Shown here: piece by piece, positions 18,235 through 19,080 of the stretch
How the letters are laid out: each line of letters opens with the position of its first letter
How positions within the stretch are numbered: position 1 is the first letter of the stretch
NCBI RefSeq assembly: GCF_006345805.1
Contig: NW_021824379.1
Coordinates: 1-19,080 of the forward strand
Reading direction: 5' to 3'
Length of the DNA stretch: 19,080 nt
Source of the DNA: Octopus sinensis
Lineage: Eukaryota
Notes under the pieces: generated by a model
What the model saw: the letters and a program-made list of their open reading frames with translations, nothing else
The model's database searches: none
Told to the model about the DNA's origin: nothing
Made by a program: the position numbers and the translations under genes

Positions 18235-18445
18235 CTTTTATTCTTTTGCTTGTTTCAGTCACTTGATTGTGGCCATGCTGGAGCACCGCCTTTAGCCTGA
18301 ACAAATTGACACCAGCACTTATTCTTTGTAAGCCTAGTACTTACTCTATTGGTCACTTTTGGTGAACGACTAAGTTACGGGGGACGTAAGCATGCCAACA
18401 TCAGTTGTCAAGCGATGGTAGGGGGACACACAAACAAAAACAATC
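18235..18445 (-). mobile_element. SINE family A body (head not visible)
   Basis: CTTGTTTCAGTCA.TTGA.TG.GGCCATGCTGGAGCACCGCC...GTTGTCAAGCGATGG. Confidence 0.85.
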
Positions 18446-18449
18446 ATAT

Positions 18450-18486
<37 letters not shown>

Positions 18487-18487
<1 letters not shown>

Positions 18488-18686
18488 TCTTTTTCTTGTT
18501 TCAGTCACTTGACTGTAGCCATGCTGGATTAGTTGAACAAATCAATCCTGGGTCTTATTCTTTGTAAGCCTAGTACTTATTCTATTAGTCTTCTTTGGCG
18601 AACTGCTAAGTTACAGGGAAATGAATACACCAACATCAGTTGTCAAGCGATGGTCGGGGGACAAACACAGACACACACACATACAT

Positions 18687-18727
<41 letters not shown>

Positions 18728-18909
18728 CACACATGTGTATATATATACAACGGGCTTCTTTCAGTTTCTATCTACCAAATCTGCTAATAAGGCTTTGGAC
18801 GGCCCGAGGCTATAATAGAAGACACTTGCCCAAGGTGCCACGCAGTGGGACTGAACCCGTAACCATGCAGTTGGGAAGCAAGCTTCATACCACACAGCCA
18901 TCCTGCACC
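18487..18909 (-). mobile_element. SINE family A, full length
   Basis: Body at 18487-18670, (CA)n spacer, head at 18750-18909 with GGGACTGAACCCG (B box on minus). Confidence 0.9.
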
Positions 18910-19027
18910 TGTATATATGTGTCTGTGCGTATTCATGCTATAAATTGAATGTTTGCTGCATGTCTGTGTGTGTATATGTTTGATGTTTGAGTGTGCATAT
19001 TCTGTTAGTGTGCAAATGTTTGATGAA

Positions 19028-19067
<40 letters not shown>

Positions 19068-19080
19068 GTATTACATATAT

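Overview
AT-rich, repeat-saturated eukaryotic DNA with no complete protein-coding gene. The repeat families look like those I remember from octopus/coleoid genomes (inference from memory, not a search): tRNA-headed SINEs with an internal (TA/TG)n spacer, SINEs with a GCCTTTCATCCTTTCGGGGTCGAT core, (TGA)n-tailed LINE-type tails and TTAACCCTT-ended MITEs. The window holds at least 12 SINE copies from 3 families, an internally deleted Tc1, a truncated mariner, a CR1/Zenon-like LINE fragment, microsatellites up to 1 kb, and several inverted or tandem duplications. The main finding is three sequence-unrelated small non-coding elements carrying four type-I hammerhead ribozyme motifs, each with the short palindromic stem III typical of Penelope-associated and retrozyme hammerheads. 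(1) A young 766-bp element with a 13-bp TSD, a 352-nt monomer and two oppositely oriented GUC-cleaving hammerheads (12278-13043). (2) A hammerhead with an unusually long stem II beside a 308-bp near-perfect palindrome (1651-2509). (3) A hammerhead-shaped motif with a swapped G3:C8 core (8741-8791). A few minus-strand exon-like segments may belong to a host transcript, but this is low confidence. Most ORFs in the supplied track are microsatellite or repeat artefacts.
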